DNA from: Curvularia clavata
Lineage: Eukaryota
Direction: 5' to 3'
Assembly: GCA_023920165.1 (NCBI GenBank)
Contig: CP089275.1
Location: 1,612,001 to 1,676,000, forward strand
DNA length: 64,000 nucleotides
This document shows positions 39,345 through 52,500 of this stretch, piece by piece. Positions within the stretch are counted from its first letter, which is position 1, and each line of letters starts with the position of its first letter. A program made the translations under genes and the position numbers. The notes below the pieces were generated by a model. It saw only the letters and a program-made list of their open reading frames with translations. It had not been told where the DNA came from and searched no databases.

Positions 39345-40654
39345 TGCTGCGATTGGAGGGGTAAAAAGGGTAGGAAAAAGAAAGCTTGGTGAGGTTTGGA
39401 GGGGCGGGACAAGCTACATGATGCAGGGTCTAGTGAGGATAGCGGGCGGTTCGTAGTGGGGATGGGGCAGGGATCGTGAGGTTGGTGACAGCCGAGGCTC
39501 ATGTGGGATGGTTGTGGGGAGATGAGTGCGATGCTGGATTTGGGGAAACGAAGAAAGGGTGGTGTTCTGAGTTCACTTTTCTACGATTTAAGCGACGAGG
39601 ATTTGTTTTGGCAATGCACTTCTGATCAATAGCTGCTCATTCACAAGTATCACTTGATCGCGAAAACTAACTCTTTGAGCCCCGACACCAGGACCTTTAT
39701 ATTGGTCCCATTTCAGACACCACCTCAACAGTAGCATAATTCCTCTGTGCTACTAGTTCGTCAAGTCCATATCGTGCATCAGCCTTAGCTCTCACAGCAT
39801 CAGAGCTTCTAGATTTATATTTAGGAGATACATCTCATGAAGTCGTGATATATACTTACTTGCACCATACACCGTCAAATGGCACGCCATCAATAAGAAA
39901 GTCCGCAATGATGCAAGTAAACTCGCATCTGCAACCATTGGGACTACTAACATTGCATTTGTCGGAAGAAATAGCACAGTGTTCCGGACGGTTCTTCACG
40001 AATGCTTTAGCTACGTAGATAGCAATGAGGGTGATAAGGGTAGAACGCGTAGTTGAATTAGGGTGTGAGCATACAATTTGAACGCGTTAATTGGATTTGG
40101 ATAGCGGGTGAATAGAATGATGGGATTATCCAGGACGACAGGCAGGCAGGCATAAGTATACATTACTGTCTACATAGACATCCCTTTTCTGCGCTGCGAT
40201 TACAAGGATAGGTACTTACAGAATAATGCGATACTGGAACCTGAGGTGCCCTTTACGTATGCTGAGATTGCAGAAAGATATAGTGTTGTTCAATTTACAT
40301 TCGCCAGAAGACCATCTGCCTCGCGTTCAACAGGCTACTGAAATTAGCAGCTCCTCTAACTATACCAAGAGAAGATCCTGGCAGCCTGTATCAATAAGCT
40401 TACAGAGAGAGGTTTGCTACACACCTATTCGGTCTCTTTGACCGATACAAGCAACAAGGACAGGGACACCTAGTTACATGCTAGTGTGCGCAAAAACTCA
40501 GCATTCCACCACGGAGATATCAGAAGGCGCATTTCTTAGATATTAAGTGTGCCCATGTCCGCTTGTTTTAAGTGTATGATACTGGTAATAAAGACATGCT
40601 TCTGATATGCTATTGTCATCATCTAGATCAATATAGTGTCTACCTGCACACGAA

Positions 40655-40690
40655 GTCCTGTTGCTTGTCCTGTTGCTTGTCCTGTTGCTT
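40655..40690. repeat. 12-bp tandem repeat x3 (GTCCTGTTGCTT)
   Basis: Three perfect copies, read directly. Confidence 0.85.
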
Positions 40691-41835
40691 CTCATGTCGA
40701 TGCTCAATATCGATATCAAGAGTGGCTCTCATCTATATCTCTCATGCTGCGTGTGCCGATTTCACAAACGTCGTCATTCTAAGATGATTTGTGAGATTGT
40801 GAAGATAACGTCAGCCTACCATCGCATAATTTGAGTTTCGTATGTAGGTTTTTGCACAACTTGCAAAACTGGCACATGGAGTCTGACCCAACTTAATCCA
40901 GGATCTTCCTCGGCGCCTGTCAGTAGCATAACTACCCTTGGTATCCACCAAACGAGGGCTAAAAAAGCGTTGACAGGGCTTTGCATGGCGTGCCAACTGT
41001 CCCACTTCCGCGATGTGTGATGTGTTTCTTTTGACTCCAGTGTTCCAAAGCCTTCCTAAGAAATTCGTTATCGACTGGCTTGCAGTATCTAAACAATATC
41101 AGTACACAACTACTCATTAATCTCCCATTACCCTTTCTGGTAAGGCCGGATGCAGCTGCGGATAGCTCATGGAAGCTATGCGCAACACTACTAAACATTC
41201 TAGATGTCATTCCATAAGCTACGGTCTTTCATAAAGCAACGGCTAAGAAACACTCTAACACCGACAACGTAGATGACGACCAGAGCACGCTTCGATCTCC
41301 AGCGTGTGTCATGTGTCATGCTCGGTGGCGTTGGCATACCGACCCAAGCGAAGGACCAGGTCCGGCTCAAGCTCGGACCCTGAGGCTGAGACATCACAGT
41401 GACTCTCACCCCGCCGCCACCCACACCTTATCACTCATCTTCACTCTTTCGGAGCTCTCCTTATTACTCTTCAACCGATACAAGTCTTTCTTCACTTTGT
41501 GTTTATAGTTGCTGCTGAAATTGGCAACACGTCTTTCTTTCTACACAGTCGCGGTTGATCATGAGCGTGCGATTGAGGCGATTGTTTCGAGATCAGTTAC
41601 ACGGTATGTTTGGGCATCGGCTGCGCCTTGCGATAGAAACTCCACGCCGCGAGTACACATGGCGTAGCGAAGGCTGTGTCGCTCAGCGCTGTGCGGCGCA
41701 GAGCGCGTCGCTTGCGATTCTTGTTCATCAGCTAACAAATCACCAGTTTCAGCCAACCACTAGCACCTCTCACTTACACACGACGAACATACCAATCCAT
41801 AGTCACTTTGCTGCTCCAAGAAACAAATATTCCCA

Positions 41836-43677
41836 ATGCCTTCACAACCTGTTGATACCGGCTGGGACTTTAGCTCCGTCATCGACCTCATAGATTCTGG
41901 CTCCGACGACATCCGCTCTCCGGCGCTTCGACCCGCAGTACAACGCTCGACATCAGCATGTCCAGATGGAGGGGTACGCCTGGGTAGTTTCTCGAAGCTA
42001 TTCGAGAGCTTGGGCTTCTCAGACGCCCCAGCAGCACCGCTTCCTCCGCTCGACCCTGACTCTGAACTGAGCAATTCTGACGAGGCACTTCTACCGTCGC
42101 CGACTCTAAAGCCATCCCGGACACCCGCTGAATGTGTCGAGATCCTGGCTGATGATCCAACAAGCAGCCCTGTCTTGACCAAGACCCAGCGTAAGAAGGC
42201 ACGCAGACGTGCTGAGAAGGAGTTGTTGGAAGAGCAAACTCGCCAGCGGATCATGCAAGAGACTCTTGACCAGATTGCTGAAGAGCGCGATCAGAGGGAG
42301 CGCGATCTCCAGAAGAAATCTAGCCTCGTTAAACAAGCCAACGAGGCTGATACGGCTGAAAAGCCACGCATGCCTTCTCGAACCAGCTCACGATCGAATG
42401 TTGGTGCGAAGATTAGACCCGCAACTCCAGCCCAGACACCTGTGCCAGAGGCAACCGAGGCCTCGCACACTCAGCCGAAGCAACCAAAGACACCCAAGGC
42501 TCAGCCTAGTGTACTCAAGCGACCATCTACAACACAGCCAGAGACTCCTCAACCACTACTAGCGAAGTCATTCATTACTTCGTCTACGACATCAGCACTT
42601 GCTCAACTGCAAGACGAAATACATGACACTCAAGTGTCCGATGAATACGTTAAATCCAAACTACAGCGGCCGTCGCTTGTGGCCACACCTATTCGCCATG
42701 GGCTTGTCCCGCGAACGGTTCGGCCAGTGACTCTACCGAGGGCAACATCACACAACGCTGCAGTAGCGCGTGCCCCAACGACACCGACACCACGCGGTGG
42801 GTCATTCAGTGGACGTCGACCGCCTCTTGTGATTCGATCCAAAACCGAACGCCATCTCCATCTGTTCAACAAACTGATGGAGAGGTTTCCGGAAGACCAG
42901 AAATGGTTGGTGGCGCCGATGCAGCTTTTGAGTGAGCGGTCGTGCGACCACGGCATACATGTGTTTGTCGATGCGTCAAACATCATGATTGGACTCAAGG
43001 AGATGCTCCGCCAGCACGGGCTTCACCACAACGCCTACGACATCTCGTTTGACAGCCTCGCTCTGTTGATGGAGCGGCGCCGGCCGGTAGCCAAGCGATT
43101 CTTTGCCGGATCGCATCGCGAGGCCAACCCGCTCCCGCACGTTGAGAAGATGGTGGAGACGTCCAAGGCAGTTGGATACGACAGCGTGATGCAGGAGCAA
43201 GTACTAATTGTACGCGAAGAGTCGGAGAAGAAGAAATTCTTCAACGACGTCAAGAAGATGGGGTGGCACAAGGCGACTCAGATGCGCTCTGGCACCGGTA
43301 GCGGTAGCGGCAGCGGCAGCGACTCTGAAACGGGTACTCCCGCTGCTACTACGCCCAAGGCGCCAGCAGCCCCGAAATGGGTTGAGCAAGGCGTAGACGA
43401 GATTGTGCACCTGAAAATGTGCCAGAGCATCCTCGATTGCGAGTGGCCGAGCACCATGGTGCTGGCCACGGGCGACGGAGCCGTGGCTGAGATGTCGGAT
43501 GGGTTCTTGGCCCATGTGGAACGGGCGCTCAAGCGCGGGTGGAGAGTTGAACTGATTAGCTGGGGTCAGCAGATCAACAGCGGTTATAGGAAGAAGTCGT
43601 TCCGGGCCAAGTGGGGGGGGCAGTTTACGATTATCGAGCTGGATGAGTTTTTGGAGGATTTGATTGATACGGCTTAG
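41836..43677 (+). CDS. Protein with C-terminal NYN/LabA-DUF88 (PIN-like) domain
   Basis: IHVFVDASNIMIG, EQGVDEIVHLKM, MVLATGDG and ALKRGWRVELISW match the PIN/NYN pattern; the N-terminal half is disordered or coiled coil. Confidence 0.8.
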   Translation: MPSQPVDTGWDFSSVIDLIDSGSDDIRSPALRPAVQRSTSACPDGGVRLGSFSKLFESLGFSDAPAAPLPPLDPDSELSNSDEALLPSPTLKPSRTPAECVEILADDPTSSPVLTKTQRKKARRRAEKELLEEQTRQRIMQETLDQIAEERDQRERDLQKKSSLVKQANEADTAEKPRMPSRTSSRSNVGAKIRPATPAQTPVPEATEASHTQPKQPKTPKAQPSVLKRPSTTQPETPQPLLAKSFITSSTTSALAQLQDEIHDTQVSDEYVKSKLQRPSLVATPIRHGLVPRTVRPVTLPRATSHNAAVARAPTTPTPRGGSFSGRRPPLVIRSKTERHLHLFNKLMERFPEDQKWLVAPMQLLSERSCDHGIHVFVDASNIMIGLKEMLRQHGLHHNAYDISFDSLALLMERRRPVAKRFFAGSHREANPLPHVEKMVETSKAVGYDSVMQEQVLIVREESEKKKFFNDVKKMGWHKATQMRSGTGSGSGSGSDSETGTPAATTPKAPAAPKWVEQGVDEIVHLKMCQSILDCEWPSTMVLATGDGAVAEMSDGFLAHVERALKRGWRVELISWGQQINSGYRKKSFRAKWGGQFTIIELDEFLEDLIDTA

Positions 43678-46393
43678 ATGAGGGTATGCAGTGGATGGGC
43701 ATGTATGGTGCTGGCTGCATGCATGCATGATACATGATGCATGAACGATAGTATTGTGGGCGGGAGTGTAGTTTGTTTTTGTTATATCTGGTAGTTCAAA
43801 GTTCTTCTTTCTGCTCTTACTCGTTCTGACCTTGCTTGTTCTTCGGAAGCGGTTCTCTTTTCTTACATCACCACTGCTTCTTCTTTGCATAGAAACGGTT
43901 CACGAACTGCGTTTCATCATGACATCTGCCATGAACATGTTTTTGTTTGCAAGTAGTAAAGTCAAACAGACTCGGGCGAAATACAGCGATCAAAAGCCCC
44001 ACAATACTCCCGTGGTTCCTGAATATCATGACGAAGCACGTGCCCCTTATCTTACGGAGCATGCAGTATGTAGGGTTCTGGGAGCTAGTACGGAGATAGT
44101 ATTATTCTCGGATTTTACCGGATGAGCGGTCACGTGTCCTTGGCATGTCTCGCTCTTGCAGGTCGCGTGCGAGGCGACATAGATAGTGCATACAAGCAAG
44201 GGTACGGATAGCATGTATGTAAGATAGGCTGGCTGTGTGTGGGGGCCAAATACAGTGCATGTGCAGGGTAAGCCCCTCCCCAAAGAAAAGCAAAACAAAA
44301 AAAAAACGCAAATGAAGGAGAGAAATGAAGGTTGTGTTTGTCAGGTAGCTAGCCCCGAGTCCCCGAGTCCCGAGTCCCGGGCTCCGTGCTCAGGCTCGCA
44401 CGAGGTATGCACAGGCCGGCATGTGGACGGGAGGTCGCGCGGAAACGGGGGAAGAAGGCGCAAAGGTAAAGAGAAAGACTCGCATGTGTATGGCCCGCAG
44501 CACAAGCGCAGCTCAAAAGCCAAGACGAGGCTAGTGAATGGTAGAGGGAAGATTTACAGTGGAGTGGTTGGAAAAGGGTATAGGAACCTCAGATGAGTAT
44601 GGGTCAAGCCTAGAATTGCCGACTTTGTGATGAGTCGGATGCAGGGGCAGCTGGAAGTTTGGTTTGGGGGGGTAATTTTTTTGTCTCTTCACTTGTTTGG
44701 TAGCAAGGTAACTATTGGTTTTGTGGAGCCGTGGGAACCCTCGCCCGTTCCTGGCATCAGTGAAACACTAGGTGATGCTGTGGCCGGCCGGGGGATGGAT
44801 GGGGGCTGACAGGTCAACGGTGTAACAGGCGCGAGCGGGAGGGGAAGAAAAGAAGGGATAATAGGTTTATTTTGTTGAGGGAGTGGGGAAGGCGCTGGAC
44901 ACGAGACATGGGACATGGTATTGTGATGTCTGAATGGGGTGAGGCAGCAAGAGTCATGACAGGATAGGAGGCTGGAGGAAATTACTACCACGATGATCGC
45001 CGGAAGCGCTTGGGAGGAATAATTCTTTCTGTTTTGTTCATGAGGCATTTTGCTCGGGGCGGCATTGGCATGAACCTAATGGGTCCCTCTTTTTTTTTCT
45101 TTGTTTGGTATGCATTGAAGTTTTTTTTCTCTTTGCTTGGTGTAATGGGCCTCTCGCGGGCGCTAGGCTGGATGGGAGTAGGAGGGTGAGTCGGAGGGTC
45201 GTGCGAGCAGACTAACGTTGGTCCGATAGTCCGCTGGCCACGGGCGAAAAGTGCATGAGGAGATGCAGGGACAGGGCAAAGCAGGACTAGAACGACAGCG
45301 ACATGAAGAAGAGACAGGCAGGCAGACTGACAGACTGACGGATAGAGGGGCGAGGGTCGGAGGCCGAGCAGTGCGGTGTGCGCGGGTGCGGATCTTGCTA
45401 TGTGCCGAGGCGCCTAATCAGACGACGATACAGTCAGCGGACGCCTTTTGGTGCGCGCGACGCGGAGGTTGCGGACATGGATGGCGAGCGAGTTTCAGCC
45501 AGGCCAGCGGCAGACGGAACATGACGGCGCCAAGGTGAGGCTCACAAACAAGTCACTCTCGTACTTCGTACCATGTGCGTACACGGCGTATTCGCTAGGT
45601 GGCAGGGATGCAGTCATCGATGGCCGCTGTCTATCGGCGGTGTGTTGATGTCATGATGAGCTAAAAAGTAGCGTCGAGGGCATTACCGCCGCTTCATTCG
45701 CGCACGACGCTTGTCTAAGCGCGGGCAGCCAAGTCGTGTCATGATGCTATCACGACTGCTGCCGTGCCATGTACTGCTACATGGCGTGGTGTAGTACATG
45801 GGTTTAGGCGTGCCGTGGCGTACACTGCCCGGGGCTGTGCTGCTGCTGCTGCTGCTGTTGCTGCGTCGCCCATGGGCCGCAGTACCCATACCACGACACG
45901 ACACGACAACGACGACTGCGAAATGACTGACTAGCGCCGGGCAACGAGCATCAGACGTAGCCATGGAAAAGCGTGGTGGGCAACTGCATGTCCAGGGCCG
46001 CCAGGGCGCCAGGGCTGCAAACGAGATTGCAGATTCGACGAGCCCTCGGCCTAGGCCGCGCCCAGTTAGCCGCTCACGTCGCGCCTTAGCCATCCGAAGC
46101 TTCCTTCCCCTACCCAGCCCAGCCCAGCCCAGTGCAGTGCAGTGCCTGCCTAACATCCGTCTTTCATAATCCTTAGTCCGCCCTCTTCCGTCTTGCCCGC
46201 CTGCACCTGCTCTGCTCGCTCCACGCACGCTGCTCGTCGTCCCCAGCAAAAAGAAAAGAAAGCCTCTAGAGACGACGCTCTGCCGCCGTGCTTGTTGTTG
46301 TTGTTGTCGTCGTCCTTGTGCTCTTGTGCTTCTTCCTCTTCCTCTTCTTCTCCTGCTCCTCGTCCGCCTGCTCCCGCCTCTCCCATACCCACC

Positions 46394-47842
46394 ATGGCCA
46401 CCAAGAGCTACCTTGCATTCCTCGACAGCACCACGGCCTCCGACATGCTCTCGCGCTCCTCGGTCCCAGGCCTCTCGGCCCTGCCCAGCCTCATCCCCCA
46501 CCGCGTGCGCAGAAAGTGGAGGGCTACCAGGTCGCGCATACGCGGGCGCCAGTCGCCAACGTCGTCCATTGCCTCGCTTGAGACGTCCTTCTCCCCCTCG
46601 GATACCCTCCGCTCCCTGCGCTCCCACTCGTGGTCCATATACGACGCCCAGTACCTCTTTCTCGCCATTGTCGCCATCTTCTCCCTGTCCGTCAGCGAGG
46701 CCCCCGGCCCTTTTGCAAAGACATTTATTGCAACTCTGCTCATGACGGGCTTGTGCCTGCCCATTACTCGCCAATTCTTGCTCCCATTGCTTCCCACACT
46801 TACTTGGCTATTCCTCTTCTCGAGCTGCAAGTACGTATCTTTACTCTGCTGCTTCATAACCTATTATACTGACTCTACCAGATACATCTCCCCGGAATAC
46901 CGACCTGCCATTTGGGTCCGCGTCCTCCCCGCTCTCGAGAACATTCTTTACGGCTCAAACCTGAGCAACATTCTCTCCGCCAACAAGCACACTGTCCTCG
47001 ACATTCTTGCCTGGCTGCCCTACGGAGTCGTACACTACGTATCGCCCGTCATTGTTAGCGGATGCATGTTCATCTGGGGCCCCCCAGGAACTCTCCCCAT
47101 CTGGGCCCGCGCCTTTGGCTACATGAACATTACCGCTGTCCTCATCCAGATCGTCTTCCCCTGCTCTCCACCATGGTACGAGAACACGTACGGATTGGCC
47201 CCCGCAACCTACAGTATCAAGGGAGACGCCGCAGGACTCAAGGCAATCGACCGCCTCACCGGCATTGACATCTACACTTCTGCCTTCATGGGCTCCCCCA
47301 TGGTTTTTGGTGCTTTCCCTTCTCTGCATTCTGGATGGGCGACTCTGGAGACACTGTTCATGGGCCATTTGTTCCCTAAGCTGTTCCCCGTATATGTATT
47401 CTACACCATGTGGCTCTGGTGGTCGACCATGTACTTCTCCCACCACTACGCTGTTGACCTGGTTGCTGGCAGTCTTCGTAAGTTTACAAACTCACACTTC
47501 TATCAATATCCTCGCTAACGCATCTCAGTCGCCGGCATCTGCTACTTCTTCGGCCGTGCCAACTTCCTCCCCCGCCCTCAATTCGACAAGGAGTTCCGAT
47601 GGGACTACGACTATGTCGAGATTGGCGACCCTGCCGATGGCGCTGGCTTCAGCATGCTCGACATCTACGAGGAGTTCCCCTCGCATTCCGACTCTGAAGA
47701 CTGGGCCAGCGGTTCCTCGTCATCCTACTCCACCGGCGGCCGAAGCCCAATTGGCGCCCGCTCGCCAACTGACGATAACCAGAGCCTCTGGGACGGAGAC
47801 ACTGTCGGATCCGATACCGAGCACTCCCTCCGCAAAGACTAG
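46394..47842 (+). CDS. AUR1: Inositol phosphorylceramide synthase (aureobasidin A resistance protein)
   Basis: RPAIWVRVLPALENILYGSNLS, LAWLPYG..H, FPCSPPWYE, FGAFPSLHSG and STMYFSHHYAVDL. Introns 46831-46881 and 47478-47528. Confidence 0.96.
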
Positions 47843-49530
47843 GAGCCACGCCCATTCACATCTCTCTCCCCCTCCAAACTTCCACCCACCTCCAAACTCG
47901 CACATCACCTAATAATCTCCCAAGGTGACGGCCTTTACGACCTATGCATTGGACCGGAGTTTTTTTCTTGTTTGCGAAGCATTTCAGCATTCCATGGAAC
48001 ATACACATGGGCATTACGGCATAGAAATCGCGCGCGTCTCTACCGAGTAGAACGACGAACACGTATCCACCTTACCCCAGGACCACTGCCTATTTCCAGT
48101 GGATTCCTTCTAGCGCCGAGAGCGTGGTTTATTCATCTTTTCTTTTTTTGATACCCAAGTCAATCGCTTCTATTGGCACTTTTTGCAACAAAAGTTCCAT
48201 TGTAAAATACACATTCGCTTCCACGTCACAGCCGCCGCCCTTCGATATGGCTCTTCTTTTTTCCTTCTTGGGCGGCTGGACGGTCTGCATATGGGCAGGG
48301 TTCATTCCCCTCTCACTTTTGAAGATCATGTTGGGATAAAGTCAACGGGAGGATGAGGCCACCGGGATTGCATGGTTGAATCAATGCATGAATCCAACGA
48401 CGCATGTGTGTCGCGTCGCAGAAGACGCAAGGGGAGTTGGGGGTGCCTGGTACACGATGAACAGGCCCTTTATCCTTTGCTTTTTCTTCTTCTTTTCTTC
48501 TTAACGCGCTCAAGCTTACCTCCACCATCTCACGGTGAGAAAAGCAGGGCTCTTTTTAATACCAAGTCACTAAATGTAATGCTTAATGCCAAAATTCAGA
48601 AATCATGGCTCTAATGAACCAATGACGAGAATGAAGAATCAAATATCAATATCATGCCATATCGAATCCTCTTCTTCTTCTCTTTGCTCTCCGTCTTTCT
48701 GGTCATCTCGCTGTATGTGTTTGTACATGTTGATTGGAAAGCACATGACAAGTCGATCACTATACCTACTTGCCCCTTTGCGGCCAAGTGCTTAGCTTAC
48801 ACATCTCACCACCACCACCTATCCTTGGTTACTCAACAACCTAGCTTGCTTTCTTTTGCGACGTTAAAATGAGCTTACTCAACATGCATCCAAGGAGAGG
48901 CTTGGATGACTCAGGCCCTTTCCTCTTTTGGTAAGAATAGTGGTGGTGGTGGCGGCTGATTCTGGCTCTCTCGTCTTACTTGCATGTTGATGAAGAGAGG
49001 AGGAATGGTTTCATGCAATTGATTCGTTCTTCGTAGTAGAAAAGAAGCAAAGGTCATGGAAACGGGACCGTGCCATTGCTACTAGTACAATGTCAAGTAA
49101 CGTCCGTCCCTGGGTGCTGGGACAAATGAAGGGTGCATTCATTTTCAACACGTCGCTGCCTTTACATACCCTAATGATCGTTGAAAGTATATAGCAATAA
49201 TATGCTACAGCTATTGAAAAACTTGACTTTATTCCTTATCTAAAAATCCCGTTGCTATTGCTGCACTTTTTGCGAATGTTACGAACAGTCTTTACTATAG
49301 CTAATCATCATTGGTGTAACTAATTTATCAACTGTGGCTAAAGGCCTTGTGGCTGTGCAGCGCCACCGATAATGCAGCGCTTAGCTGTGCCAGCCCTCTC
49401 AGCCTTGTACAGCTGACAATGGATTGTAGAACTACCCTCAGTCTGGTAGCGGCCTGGCAGCTTCATCAGCCTACAGCGACGCGAGGCGCGATCGATCAGT
49501 CAACTTTATCGCGGTCGCAGACCTCGCACC

Positions 49531-52500
49531 ATGGACGGTCTTTCGGGCGCAGCAAGTGTCATTGCTGTAGTCGACATATCTACCAAGATTGTCTCGCTAT
49601 GCTTCCAGTACTCCACAGCGGTCAAGGATGCGAAGGGTGATATCGAACGCGTGCAGAGAAAAGTTAGCGACATCGCCCAAATTCTAGAGAAGATCAAACA
49701 ACTTCTTGACAGCCAGGACAAGGCGCGACTCTCTACCACCCAGGGTCTATTTAGCTCGCTCGAACAATGCCAGAAGGAGCTAAAGAGCCTAGAAGCAAAG
49801 CTAGATCCAGGAAAAACTCGCAAGACTATGAGTCGGTTCGGCTTCCGTGCGCTTAAATGGCCATTCACAAGCAAGCAGGTAGACAATATCATTTTAAACC
49901 TGGAAAGATATGAACAGACATTCAGCCTGGTACTGCAGGTCGATCAGACGTAAGCTGCCATAGCCAGATCTGCCATACGCAGACCCAGCTTCTCACTGAC
50001 TATGCAGAGTCGTTGTGTTCAGCATAGACCAAAAGCTAGATCTAGCTAAACTGCCTGTCGCGATAGGCGCCTCCTTCAATTCCCACAACGAAGAGCACAA
50101 CGCACGATGCCTACCAAACACCCGCACTGAGCTGCTAGACAAGATCAAAAAATGGGCGAACAACAAAGATGAAAAGTCCATATTCTGGCTGAGCGGCATG
50201 GCAGGCACGGGGAAGTCAACAATTGCGCGGACTGTCGCTCAGTCGTTCGCTAGTCGAGGGCAACTTGGAGCCAGCTTCTTCTTCAAGAAAGGCGAAGGCG
50301 AGCGCGGCAATGCCTCGCGGTTCTTTACCACCATCGCCACGGACCTAGTCGCCTGCGAGCCAGGCATGCTACCAGGCATTAAGAAGACGCTTGACGAGGA
50401 CTCGATGATATCACACAGAGCTCTGAAAGACCAATTTGAGAAGCTAATCCTACAGCCACTGTTAGGGATAAAGCAGGCTCGCTCACAGGCCTTGGCGCGT
50501 ATTGTCGTAATCGACGCGCTGGACGAATGTGAGCGAGAAGCTGACACCAGAGCGATCCTTCAGCTACTTGCTCGGACAAAGAACATTCGCCCAATACCGC
50601 TACGGATCGTAGTCACTAGTCGGTCAGAGCTCCACATCCGCTTAGGCTTTAAGGAGATGCCGAATGGCACGTACCAAGACTTAGTGCTTCACGAAGTACC
50701 AAAGATCACAATTGAACATGACATCCGCCTATTTCTAGAGCATGAGCTTGGTGTAATACAGAAAGAACGTAAGTTGGCCTCAGACTGGCCAGCCCAACAA
50801 CAGATCCTCACGCTTGTTGAGCTGGCTATGCCGCTATTCATCTACGCTGCTACTGTGTGTCGATATATTGGCAGTAAAGGAGGCGACCCTGAAGTGTACC
50901 TGAACAAGGTCTTGCAGTATCCAAAGACAGCTTTTTCACAGCTTGACCGGACCTATCTTCCTGTCCTGGACCACTTACTTGTTGAGCAGGAAGAAAGAGA
51001 TAGAGAAGACTGGTTGCGCGCCTTCCGTGAGCTTGTAGGAAGCATAGTCATCTTAGAGAGTCCATTGCCTGTTGGCTCTCTTGCGCGTCTTCTTCAAATT
51101 CCGCAGAACCAATTCGAATGCCGGCTAGACGCCTTGCACTCCGTTCTTAGTATTCCCAACAGCGAGGACGTTCCTATTAGGCCACTACACCTGTCCTTCC
51201 GCGAGTTCCTTGTCGATCCGCAAAAACAGGGAAAGAGTCCGTTCTGGATAGACAAGAAAAGTATCCACAAGAAGCTCGCATCTTGTTGCCTTGAGCTTAT
51301 GTCTAGACCTGACGGTCTTTGTCAGGATGTATGCGGCCTCTCAGACCCTGGGGTGCTAAAGAGCGAGGTAGATGAGCAGATAGTTGCTACTAGGCTGCCA
51401 CCTGATCTACAATATGCCTGTCGTTACTGGGTTGATCATCTCGTGCAGAGTAGGCAAGGTATTGTCGACGGAGATGCAATACACCTCTTTCTACAAAAGC
51501 ACTTTCTTCATTGGCTTGAGGCCATGAGTCTTATGAAAGAATCGAGCAGATGCGTTAACTTGCTCGACAGCCTTCAGCCACTTATTAGCGTAAGATCTTT
51601 ACAAAGATACCTTCCTATAACTCTACTGACGTAGACGCAGTCCTATGCAAACGAAGTCTTAGGTTTTCTTCAAGACGCTAAGCGGTTCGTGTTGCGGTTC
51701 CATTCTATACTTGCGGATACGCCGCTGCAGATCTACTATTCGGCGTTATTATTCGCACCAGAGAAGAGCATTATACGACAAAGATATAGAAGCCAAGTCC
51801 CAGAAAAATTCAAGATACTATCTAAGAAAGAAGCAGATTGGGATGCGTGTCGCAGCACGCTCGAGGGCCATTCTGATTTTGTTGTTGCGGTAGCCTTCTC
51901 GCCAGATGGGCAGCTAGTTGCATCGGCATCTGACGACAAGACAGTACGGCTATGGGAGGCGACGACAGGGACGTGTCGCAGCACGCTTGAGGGCCATTCT
52001 TCCGATATCACCGCAGTGGCCTTCTCACCAGATGGGCAGCTAGTCGCGTCGGCATCTGACAAGACAGTATGGCTGTGGGAGGCGGCGACAGGGACGTGTT
52101 GTAGCACGCTCGAGGGCCATTCTGATTGTGTTGTTGCGGTGGCCTTCTCACCAGATGGGCGGCTAGTCGCGTCAGCATCTGACGACAAGACAGTACGGCT
52201 GTGGGAGGTAGCAACAGGGATATGTTGTACGCTCGAGGGCCATTCTAATTCTATTTTTGTAGTAGTCTTCTCGCCAGATGGGAAGCTAGTCGCGTCGGCA
52301 TCTGATGATAAGACAGTACGGCTATGGGAGACGGCGACGGGGACGTGTCACAGTACACTCAAGGGCCATTCTTCGCATATTACCGCGGTAGCCTTCTCGC
52401 CAGACGGGCAGCTAGTCGCGTCAGCATCTGACGACGAGACAGTATGGCTGTGGGAGGTGGCGACAGGGACGTGTTATAGCACGCTCGAGGGCCATTCTGA

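Noticed and set aside
39500..41300. AT-richer intergenic stretch as a decayed element or pseudogene
   Set aside because: No recognisable transposon or protein remnant was found in any frame.
45683..46774. 363-aa minus-strand ORF, and similar long ORFs at 7668-8461 and 34890-36069
   Set aside because: These are low-complexity, GC-rich shadow frames over real genes or promoters, with no recognisable domains.
37679..46881. Short in-frame introns (37679-37726 in the RRM gene and 46831-46881 in AUR1) as retained isoforms
   Set aside because: Stop-free 48-51 nt 3n introns arise often by chance, and retention would disrupt conserved domains.
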